64,000 nt of DNA from Octopus vulgaris (taxonomy: Eukaryota). A program made the position numbers and the translations under genes. Below the pieces are notes generated by a model that had not been told where the DNA came from, made no database searches, and worked only from the letters and a program-made list of their open reading frames with translations. Shown here one piece after another: positions 53,514 to 64,000 of the stretch. The stretch spans positions 128,464,001 through 128,528,000 of the forward strand of contig OX597814.1 of NCBI GenBank assembly GCA_951406725.2, written 5' to 3'. Within the stretch, counting starts at the first letter, position 1; each line of letters begins with the position of its first letter.

Positions 53514-53704
53514 CCCTTTCATTACTGTATATATTTTGAGATGCTCTGTGTTTCTTCCAATTATTTTAAATATAACAAAGAATTTAGTAAAATAACTTGG
53601 TTATCATTAAGCTAGTGTTAGGAACATAAATTGTGACTAAGATTTGGTGGAAGATTTATACTAAAGAGCCAGAGCCAGTTTCAGTTGGGTTGGTAACGAA
53701 ATGG
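53514..53704. mobile_element. piggyBac-like MITE
   Basis: TTAA-flanked; reverse complement of 18792-19010. Confidence 0.7.
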
Positions 53705-54354
53705 TTAAGTAGAGTGCTGGTTGCTCAATATCAATATTTTGTCATTTCTATATATGGAAAGTAAATTGGAAAGAAACAGACTGGGTATGGATCTGATACT
53801 TGTGCACTGGGGATCAGAAACAAGAAAGTGATAGGTATTGTAGATATTATTTTGCAATATAATTTTATGTGTTTCCAGAACAGTATTTTAACATTTCTAA
53901 TTTGTCTTTGTCAGAGAAGGAAAATTATAGACATCAGCTTCTTCAGTGTGTGTGGGTGAATAGTAGTAGAATTTAAAAAGGGCTGAGCTTGGACAATAAA
54001 ATTGTTATGAAGAAGTCGGATTAAACTTTAGTGAGTTACATTTTATTGATAAAATCATTTAGAATACCATGTTTGCCAGTGCAATAAGTCACACAATTTT
54101 TATTTTTAAATGTATTAAAAAATAACCTGGCATCTAATGCAACCATATAATTGATGGGAGACCAAATGATGTAGACTAGGGAGCCAAGTCTGCTAGTTAT
54201 AATTATTGTTACTAATAATAAATTAATTGAAAACAGGCCAAAATATCACATTTTGTTAGCACAAACTTACAAAAAAAGCAGCTTATGGTACACTGGCAGT
54301 GATGTGGAGAGGTCACATCATTTCATTATACCTCCTTTCCCAGCAAACATACAC

Positions 54355-54407
<53 letters not shown>

Positions 54408-57400
54408 ATTTATTTTTATATATATATTTCCCAACCACATGGTTCCGGATTCAGTCTCACTGTGTGGCATGTTGGGCAAGTGTCTTCTACTATAACCGCG
54501 AGCCAACCAAAACCTTGTGAGTAGATTTAGTAGATGTGTGTGTGTCTGTATGTGTCTTTGTGTCTGTGTTTGTCCTCCACAACTGCTTGACAATGAGTTG
54601 GTATGTTTATGTTCCCATAACCTAGTGGTTCAGCAAAAGAGGCCAACAATAAATATCAAGTAAAAAAAAAAGTCCTGTGGTCAATTCATTCAACTAAAAA
54701 TTCTTCAAGACAGTGCTCCAGCATGGCCACAGTATGATGACTAAAACAAGTAAAAGAAATTAATTATCTAAATGAAAATTCTCCTGGATAGAGGAGAGAA
54801 ATATTACACTTTCATTTTCCTATCAACGATTTGCAATGAGTGAATGGCAACAAAAACCATCCTGATGGTGATTTGTGGTAACACAAAATGTCACAGCCAG
54901 AAATAAAAGTTTTACATTTTGTATAGCAATTCTCTTGACCAATAAATAACCATAGAATTGATTTGAAAGAATATAAAATTGAGATACAGTACTCCCATTC
55001 TGTAGTTTATATATGATAAATTTATGGTTTCCAGTATACTGTCACAGCATTTTATTTATATGCAAAGAATCATAGATTTCCCTTACAAAACCACTTGAAA
55101 ATATTCAACAGGTGTATTATGAAACATACTAAATTTGTTTTTTTCTGCAAAATAAACTTGTACAATAGGGGTGTGCCTTATATGCTGGCAAGTTTGGTAT
55201 GTGACAAATTCCAACCATGATCATCACACATAGACCAATGTTGATAATGGCAATGCCAGTGGGTATGTGGTAATTAAGAGAACATTTTAGATGGAAATAA
55301 GTACAATCTATTTTATAATGGAATATTTACCATTAAGAGGGCTAAGAATAAGTTTGTTCCCAGAGTGTTTGATTGTATAGACTCATCTAAACTCTTTCAG
55401 ATATCATGATTATTGTGTTTCTACATTTCTAGATATACTTGTTATGTTGTATTTCTGAGAACTATACTTAAGTTGTTTCATTCTTCTTCAGTGGACCAAA
55501 ATGTCTGAAAGTTCGAGGAGGGGAATAGGAACTGTGAGACTGGTCATCATCATTATCATTTAATGTCCATGTTGTATGTTAGCATGGGTTGGACCATTCA
55601 ACAGGCTCTGACTAGCCTGAGAACTGTGTTAATGTCCAGTGTCTGCTTTAATAAAGTTTCTAGGGTTGGATGCCCTGGTGGTTTTTTTTTTTTTTTTTTT
55701 TGTTAGCACCAACACTAGTAAGTCATCAAGTGACTTGCAAAACAAAACTCCTTATCTGAGTGGGGATGCAGTATTGAGGGAGGTCGCTTTCTACCAGATG
55801 TAGAGTGGCTGAAGTAGGGAACAGGAACAGGAGCTGGGTGTCTGTTTAGCTTGAGAAGGACAGGAGCAGGTGTCCAGTTAAGAAGAAATATATTGCTACT
55901 TCAGCAGGGAAGGTAGAAAGATCAGGAGATGAAGTATCGGGCACCACCCTCTTTCACATCACAATTGCATTTATATTAGTGAAGCAATGTAAGTAGAAGT
56001 TTGAATCATGACAATTGTTGAGAATATTTATCCCCAACAAGTTTGGGTTAGTGGAGGTGCATGACCTGGTGGTTAGAGGTATTGCACTTGTGATCTGGGC
56101 ATTACATTGTATTCATTTCACATTGCCCCTCACCACTGTAAATGAGTAACAGTGTGATGGATTGACATCCTGTTCAGAGGGAATCTTGTAATCGCAGTCA
56201 CTTATATGCCAAGGAGTCCTAGAACTCAAGATAGCAATTATTTGTTAAGTTTAGACTCTTGGCTCTAATTTTCAAGCATTTCTAGCTCAGACTAAAGCCT
56301 AAAGCTTTAACATCCAACCTAAAGCCTTCATGTATCAGTTAGGTGTTCCATAAAAACTTTGGAGTTCTATTAAAAAAATTTTTTAGGAACAAAGAATTTG
56401 TTCAACTAACTTGTATATGTATATACAAAATACACATCGTATACAAATATTAATACTTACAGATTCATGAAAATACACATACAAACACCAACATATATAC
56501 TATGCCCTCTTTTACTTCAGTTATTAAATTGATGATCAGTTTTCCTTTTTTAGAGACTTCATATATCCATTACTAACCAGTTCTATTCAAATAATTCAAC
56601 TGCTATTTTATATTCTTTTAATAAAAACCTCTATTTTATTAACTCTTTGTTTTGTCATTCATTCCATTCAATGTCACTGCTGCTGTCAACCCCAGATTCA
56701 ATATAAATAGAAGAATTTGTCTTTGTACATAGGTCTGCTTTATCAGGGCCAGCTTTAATTTAAACAACTCCAGATTTGTTCTACATTAAACTGATAGCTG
56801 TGATGATCAAGTTCACTGGTGTAAGATAAACATTGACTAAGTGATTCTTTCACCACTATTTTGGTAAGTATGAAGTCTGTGCTTTACTGAAGCGGTTGAA
56901 TATTGTTGAAACATATCCAGAGTTGTCTCCTGTCATTACCGAAAGGATTAAGATAATTTTCCTCATTAAGCCACACGTGACTGTAGGTCATAACACCTGG
57001 TCAATACTGAAATGCATTGCTAGTATATACATATAAAAAACAGGCTGTGTGTGGTGCGTATATTCTTTATGGATTCGAAAACTGAGTTGCTGATGTTGAC
57101 GAATGAGGTATCAAAAGATTCAGTAATCTTTTGGCTACCAAATGAAATATGTTTTTTTGCACAACAACTCTTTTTTTTTACTACAAAAATAACCTTAAAA
57201 ATGAGGTTGGGTCACACAATTTTGAGGTCATTTTCAGGCAGTATTTGGATTTGCTTCTAATCTACATTGCCAATTTTAATGTTTACGGTATCAAAAAATG
57301 CAGCAATATACAAGGAGTGTAATGAGTGCGTTTGTGATGCACAAAACCCTATTTGTCAACAGAAAATGACCAAAAAACATGCTTTTTTGGAACAATTATT

Positions 57401-58236
57401 GGCACATTTTCTGTCACTAATGTCCTTTGTGCCACAACTAAACTGCCAATGTGAACCTCTTCACTATTCTATGATTACATAATGTCTTTGAAGTATTTTG
57501 ATATCATTTCTTTGCACAAAGCCCTATTTTCCAACAGAAAATTGACTAATGAACATCCATGTTTCTGACAATTGTGATCGCTTCTGGCATTACTACCAAA
57601 AGCAATTTGTCTATGTAGATTTTCTATGTTGCAAATGACTCAGGAATGTCAAACAAGCATTCTCAGCTTTAAATTCAATAAACTTTCTCCAAGGATTAAG
57701 CACAATAAACACCTATGTTCATTCAAGTGTGGTAAAGACGTGAAGCAATGACTTAAACCTTTTGAGCTTTTTTGCCTTTAACATTTTCCTCTTTATTCAA
57801 GTCACTTTATGCAAAGTTGCTTATCGTTATTAGTATATATTCATGCCTATTATTCATTCCATAAGCTGCAGAGTTCATAAGGATTTTGCTACAATCTCTG
57901 TACTTTTCACAGTGGTTGAGCATGTACTATAACACGGGTGGTGCAATGGAAAACAAATGTCTGACCTGATAACCTCAGTGAAAACAACAACAACACCATG
58001 CATCTGTGCGAGAGCAAATTAAGATCACATACACACGTGAATCCACCCATAGTGGATCTCCCTTCATTGGTCAGGATGCATAATGTGTTCATTGATTGGT
58101 ACAATTTCAAATTAAATTTTCCTTATCAGAAATGTACTGCAATACCAGTTGGTCATAGTGTTATTATCAACAACCCAGGCAACGCTGGATTGCACTGTGT
58201 GTGGTGCGTATGTTCCACTTGAACCTGAAAATTGAG

Positions 58237-58275
<39 letters not shown>

Positions 58276-58279
<4 letters not shown>

Positions 58280-58449
58280 TAATAGTTATCACCAAGCTAA
58301 CATAGCAGTCCAGGAAAATAGGAAGGTTATAATGGACACAGGTTCGTGTGTCACATAGCTAGAAGCGATGGCCTCTTGGAGCTAATGAACGGCAACATTC
58401 GTTCTATTTTCCTGAACTGCCATGTTAGCATGCTGATAACTATTAATAT
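58276..58449. repeat. ~48-bp inverted repeat pair (small MITE or PLE-type palindrome) beside (TA)n
   Basis: ATATTAATAGTTATCACCAAGCTAACATAGCAGTCCAGGAAAATAG mirrored with about 4 mismatches. Confidence 0.7.
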
Positions 58450-58509
58450 CCAGTACTGCTGCCATTGTCTCCTTTAGAGAGACTTAGAAATATTAATATA
58501 TATATATAG

Positions 58510-61500
58510 ACTTGGAAGCACTGGAAGAATGGTGGTAGCAGGGAATTGTATCAGACTGCTAAAAGGGAAGCTAGGAGACAGGTCTATCTAGCCAGAGGGG
58601 AAGCAGATAAGAAAAAATTTGCCAATGTTCTGCGCCGTGAGGACCAAAGACTGGAGGTGTTTCGCGTTGCAAGACAGTGTGTGAGAGAGAATTGTGATGT
58701 GGTGGGAGAGAAGTGTGTTCGCATGGAAGATGGTTCACTTGCGCTAAACGAGGATGCAAAGAGAGAGGCTTGGAGATGCCACTATGAAAGGTTGCTGAAT
58801 AAAGAAAATGAATGGGATAAAGAGAGTCTGCCGAACGTTGACCCAACAGAGGGACCAGCTATCAGGGTTGATAGTTCCTTTGTAGCTAAGGCAATTAGAA
58901 GCATGAAGACAGGGAAAGCCCCAGGCCCATCAGGTATCACTGCAGAGATGCTCAAAATATCTGGTAGTGTCGGCTATAGCCTAGTCACCTGTATAGTTAA
59001 TCAGGTGATACATGAAGGAGTCATACCCAATGACTGGTGTAGCAGCATAATAGTCAACTGCTACAAAGGTAAAGGTGATGCCCTAGATACAAATAATTAC
59101 AGAGGTATCAAGCTGTTGGATCAGGTGATGAAGGTTACAGAGAGGGTCATAAGCCAACTAATTAGAGAGAGAGTTAGTTTAGATGAGATGCAGTTTGGTT
59201 TCGTGCCAGGGAAAAGTACCACTGATGCTATATTCCTGGTAAGGCAGCTGCAGGAGAAATACCTAGCCAAAGATAAGGCCCTGTACCTGGCTTTTGTTGA
59301 CATGGAGAAAGCCTTCGACAGGGTCCCCCGATCCCTCATATGGTGGTCAATGAGGAAACTAGGAATAGAAGAATGGTTAGTGAGAGCTGTGCAAGCCATG
59401 TACAGGGACGCTGCTAGTAAGGTGAGGGTTGGAAATGAGTACAGTGAAGAATTCCGGGTAGAGGTAGGGGTCCACCAAGGCTCAGTCCTCAGCCCCCTCC
59501 TATTTATCATAGTCCTCCAGGCAATAACGGAGGAATTCAAGACAGGATGCCCCTGGGAGCTCCTCTATGCTGATGACCTTGCTCTAATTGCTGAGTCATT
59601 ATCAGAACTGGAGAAGAAGTTTCAGGTGTGGAAGCATGGTTTAGAATCGAAGGGCCTTAGAGTCAACCTAGCTAAAACCAAAGTCGTAATAAGTAGGAAG
59701 GTAGACAAATCACAAACGCCTTCAGGTAGATGGCCCTGCTCGATCTGTAGAAAAGGTGTAGGTAGAAACTCTATAAGATGCACCAAGTGTAAGCTATGGA
59801 CACATAAGAGGTGCAGCAATGTCATAGGAAGGCTAACTAGGAAGATGGTTTTTGTATGTGGCAGATGCTCGGGAGCATTAACCTCTGAAAATCTGCAGAA
59901 AACAACTTCCGTCACTTTCCAGGGGGAAAAACTAGAAGTGGTTGATAGCTTCCGTTATCTTGGTGACCAAGTCAGTAGTGGGGGTGGGTGTGCTGAAAGT
60001 GTAACGGCTAGAGTAAGAATAGCCTGGGCAAAGTTTAGGGAGCTCTTACCTCTGTTGGTGACTAAAGGCCTCTCGCTCAGAGTAAAAGGCAGACTGTATG
60101 ATGCATGTGTACGAACAGCCATGCTACATGGCAGTGAAACATGGGCCGTGACTGCTGAGGACATGCGTAAGCTCGTGAGAAATGAAGCTAGTATGCTCCG
60201 TTGGATGTGTAATGTCAGTGTTCATAGTCGACAGAGTGTAAGTACCTTGAGAGAAAAGTTGGACCTAAGAGGAATCAGATGTTGTGTGCAAGAGAGACGA
60301 TTGCGCTGGTATGGTCATGTGGTGAGAATGGATGAAGATAGGTGTGTGAAAAAGTGCCACACCCTGGCAGTTGAGGGGACCTGTGGAAGAGGTAGACCCA
60401 GGAAAACCTGGGTCGAGGTGGTGAAGCACGACCTTCGAACTCTAGGTCTCACCAAGGAAATGACCAGAGACCGAGACCTATGGAAGTATGCTGTGCGTGA
60501 GAAGACCCGGCAAGACCAGTGAGAACAATCAAAATCAAATCATATATCAGAAAGCAGGGGTTAAGTGACCCATCTGTTCGTGTCCGCTGTCAGCCTCGTC
60601 TGGCACCCGTGCCTGGTGATACGTAAAAGCACCATTCGCTCATGGCCGTTTGCCAGCTCTGCCTGGCCCCGTGTCGGTGGCACGTAAAAGCACCATCCGT
60701 TCGTGTTCGTTGCCAGCCTCGCCTGGCCCCGTGCCGGTGACACGTAAAAGCACTGTCCGTTCGTGGCCGTTGGCCAGCTCTGTCTGGCCCCGTGTCGGTG
60801 GCATGTAAAAGCACCATCCGTTCGTGGCCGTTTGCCAGCTCTGTCTGGCCCCGTGTCGGTGGCACGTAAAAGCACCATCCGTCCGTGTCCATTGCCAGCC
60901 TCGGCTGGCCCCCGTGCCGGTGACACGTAAAAGCACCGTCCGCTCGTGGCCGTTTGCCAGCTCTGTCTGGCAACCGTGTCGGTGGCACGTAAAAGCACCA
61001 TCCTGTTCGCGTCCGTTGCCAGCCTCGGCTGGCCCCCGTGCCGGTGACACGTAAAAGCACCATCCGTTCGTGGCCATTTGCCAGCTCTGTCTGGCCCCGT
61101 GTCGGTGGCACGTAAAAGCACCATCCGTCCGTGTCCGTTGCCAGTTCTGGCTGGCCCCCGTGCCGGTGACACATAAAAGCACCGTCCGCTCGTGGCCGTT
61201 TGCCAGCTCTGTCTGGCAACCGTGTCGGTGGCACGTAAAAGCACCATCCGTTCGCGTCCGTTGCCAGCCTCGGCTGGCCCCGTGCCGGTGACACGTAAAA
61301 GCACCGTCCGTTCGTGGCCGGTTGCCAGCTCTGTCTGGCCCCGTGTCGGTGGCACGTAAAAGCACCATCCGTTCGTGTCCGTTGCCAGCATCGCCTGGCC
61401 CCGTGCCGGTGACACGTAAAAGCACCATCCGTTCGTGGCCGTTCGCCAGCTCTGTCTGGCACCTGTGCAGGTGGCACGTAAAAAACACCCACCACACTCG

Positions 61501-61658
61501 CGGAGTGGTTGGCGTTAGGAAGGGCATCCAGCCGTAGAAACACTGCCAGATCTGACTGGGCCTGACGAAGCCTTCCAGCTTCACAGACCCCAGTTGACCC
61601 GTCCAACCCATGCTAGCATGGAAAACGGACGCTAAACGATGATGATGATGATGATGAT
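58510..61658 (+). mobile_element. RTE-clade LINE, young 5'-truncated copy 2 (intact RT ORF 58546-60522, 3' UTR tandem array, (GAT)n tail)
   Basis: 658-aa ORF colinear with and nearly identical to copy 1; YADD at about 59566-59577; same terminal 3' UTR block and GAT tail. Confidence 0.95.
60570..61490 (+). repeat. 15-unit ~60-bp GC-rich tandem array in the RTE 3' UTR
   Basis: A TAAAA(G)CAC core recurs every 60-62 bp, 15 times; alternating A/B unit types. Confidence 0.95.
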
Positions 61659-61709
61659 ATAGATATATACTACAATGTAGCTGTAGGTCATAACACCGGG
61701 GTGCATTGC

Positions 61710-61741
<32 letters not shown>

Positions 61742-62127
61742 GTCTCTTAGCTCATTATTGTCTTATGTAAAAGACCTTGGCCACAAACATGTTCTATTCT
61801 TTTTTTTTTATAAATGTCTAATTTTGCAGGAGTTGAGGTAGGGTAACTACTCTGTAGTAATGTTTACCGAGGAAACAGTGTAACCACAGCTGTCCTTTTG
61901 TCTCCAGACAATCAAACTGTCTTTTCTGTTGAAGCATGTCACCTTGGAGAATTCTTGATTCTTGTGATTGTCTCCCCTTTTCATTTTGAGTTAACCTCAT
62001 GTCTCTAAGCAGAGATAATTTCAATAAATCAAGAACTTATCTTGTATGGTATTTAATGTACCCTTATCCAACTTTATGGTTCAAATAACATGCGGCATCC
62101 AGCTGTAAAAACTGCCAAAAACAGACT

Positions 62128-62252
62128 AGAGAGTATGATGCACCTCAAACCTCAGATCCTCATGCTGTAGAACATTTGCAAATCTCTTACCTTCAGCTAT
62201 TCTTTTTGCTGTGTAAACCTGACACCTAGCTGTCTTTTTGGGTACCTGATAT
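62128..62252 (-). pseudogene. Short old RTE fragment
   Basis: YQVPKKTARCQVYTAKRIAEGKRFANVLQHED aligns with YQTAKREARRQVYLARGEADKKKFANVLRRED. Confidence 0.75.
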
Positions 62253-62299
62253 AGGTGATAGAAGTCATATGACTGCAATAACTGGCATATACATGTGCA

Positions 62300-62730
62300 T
62301 GCATATGGAGCAGGGTGATATCGTGTGTAGTGTTGGTGAATTTCAGGAAGCATGGAGGTTTTAAAGGACGCAATATCTCAGCAGCTAACAACTGATGCAG
62401 GTAGTTTGTTCCATGCTTCAGCAAGTGTGAAAGTCATTGGAGCTGTGCTGTTTTCTGACTTTGTAGGCATGCCTACATGTGTTAGACATATGGAGCTCAA
62501 AAAGGTGCTTAAGGTGGTTGTTGGCACAATGGTTAATAATTTTGTGGGTGTTTACCAAGTCAGTTGCCAGATGGTGGAGCTTCACTGTATGCTCAGGAAG
62601 CTAGGCGTTCAGAGTATGGTAGATACTTGATAGAGGGTATTCGTTTGGTTACATGTCTCTGAACAGTTTCCAGGTGATGCAAATTCCAAATGTGGCCACA
62701 CCACAGCCATATATAGCTGACAAAGGTCTT
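62300..62730 (-). pseudogene. CR1-like ORF2 3' relic
   Basis: Minus-strand LYMAVVWPHLEFA, LETVQRHVTKRIPSIKYLPYSERLASL, AWNKLPASVVS. Confidence 0.7.
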
Positions 62731-62859
62731 CTCTATAGTAGAAGACACTTACCCAAGGTGCTGTGTAGTAGGAGAGAACTTGAAACCATGTGATTGCAAA
62801 GCAAGCTTCTTAACCACACAGCAATGCTTGTACTTATGTTGTTAAAGGTTTAAGAGGAA

Positions 62860-63083
62860 CTCTTTACTCTTTTACTTGTTTCAGTCATTTGACTGTGGCC
62901 ATGCTGGAGCACCGCCTTTAGTCGAGCAAATTGATCCCAGGACTTATTCTTTGTAAGCGTAGTACTTATTCTATCGGTCTCTTTTGCCAAACCACTAAGT
63001 TACGGGGACGTAAACATACCAGCATCGGTTGTCAAGCGATGTTGGTGGGACAAACACAGACACACAAACATATACACACACAC

Positions 63084-63130
<47 letters not shown>

Positions 63131-63295
63131 TACGACAGGCTCCTTTCAGTTTCCATCTACCAAATCCACTCACAAAGCTTTGGTCGGCCCGAGTCTATAG
63201 TAGAAGACACTTGCCCAAAGTGCCTCTCAGTGGGACTGAACCCAGAACCATGTGGTTCATAAGCAAGCTACTTACCACACAGCCACTCCTACGCC
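62860..63295 (-). mobile_element. tRNA/CORE-like SINE, near consensus
   Basis: Full head, internal microsatellite and tail. Confidence 0.9.
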
Positions 63296-63448
63296 TGTTT
63301 GTCATTGGTTCTCATATGAGACAGAACTAAAACAAATTAAGACATGCTCCATCATAAATTTATTAAGGCAGCTTGTTAAAGCAAAGATGAACATGCTAAT
63401 ATTTTACAAGCATGGATAACAATGTTTGAGGAATTGGTTGTTGTTTAA

Positions 63449-63668
63449 CCCTTTAGCATTCAGATTACTCTGTCAAATGTAAAGCCTGTTTAATCACATG
63501 GTTTTAAATTAATTGTACAGCATCTTGTAACTCTGAGATTTTGATGATGTCCCTGTTTATTTTTAGAATGACTTTGTAGGGTAGGTGTGAGAGGTCAGAG
63601 CTGGCTGGTTTGAGCATATAACAGGAAGGCAATTTTAGCCTGGTATGACCAGTTTAAACACTAAAGGG
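63449..63668. mobile_element. piggyBac-like MITE (second family)
   Basis: TTAA|CCCTTTAG...CTAAAGGG|TTAA. Confidence 0.7.
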
Positions 63669-64000
63669 TTAATCTCAGATAAGCCTTAACCAAATAGAAC
63701 TACAATCATAGACATTGTATCCAGAATATTCATTACATCCTTACTTTTTTACAGTAGTAAGGGTGTGGTTTGATATAGATTTAGCTGATATTTCTAAAAC
63801 ATAGAACCTCCTTCATTAACTCATAATGGTTTGGTTTTCTATATAAATTGAAATGATAAATATTTTTCTCTAACACTATATAACTCAGTGAAAGTTAGTG
63901 AAATATAATGGAAAACTATTAGTAATTACTGTATCTTGTTTTTCAAAATTTTTTTTTATGGCCATTATATATTAATTAATTATTAATGTAATAGAATTGA

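Noticed and set aside
58546-58548. ORF-track start codons of the two RT ORFs
   Set aside because: They are TTG codons inside a 5'-truncated longer ORF, not true starts; these are not host or domesticated genes.
60570-61490. CRISPR-like array next to a reverse transcriptase
   Set aside because: Inter-core sequences are themselves repeated (A/B types) rather than unique spacers; there are no cas genes; the context is a eukaryotic LINE 3' UTR.
60561-61611. 284-338-aa minus-strand ORFs
   Set aside because: All three frames are open because of the GC-rich tandem repeat; no domain signal.

Overview
AT-rich, repeat-dense animal genomic DNA. The tRNA-derived SINE families, (CA)n/(TA)n/(TACA)n microsatellites and the single-exon C2H2 array point to a coleoid cephalopod, most likely Octopus (inference). 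Two host genes are recognisable. One is coding exon 1 of a TMEM64 (VTT/SNARE-associated domain) orthologue on the minus strand (22020-21364, GTAAGT donor); I could not find its later exons. The other is a 15-finger C2H2 zinc-finger gene on the plus strand (48605-49948). Most of the rest is mobile DNA: two young, 5'-truncated, ORF-intact RTE-clade LINE copies in opposite orientation (about 3238-5904 minus and 58510-61658 plus), older RTE/CR1 relics, hAT and mariner transposase relics, Helitrons (including a head-to-tail trimer), MITEs and SINEs. The four most notable observations are: (1) the RTE reverse transcriptase carries a C4HC3 PHD-type finger inserted inside the RT domain, and its 3' UTR holds a variable array (15 units in one copy) of a ~60-nt module with a conserved hairpin and a probable pseudoknot; (2) the ZNF ORF is preceded, in frame and from the splice acceptor, by 40 open codons separated from it by a single TGA; (3) the ZNF recognition helices are unusually aromatic; (4) a SINE and a CR1-group LINE share a 3' tail with a compensated stem-loop. 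No database searches were possible, so family names come from remembered motifs.
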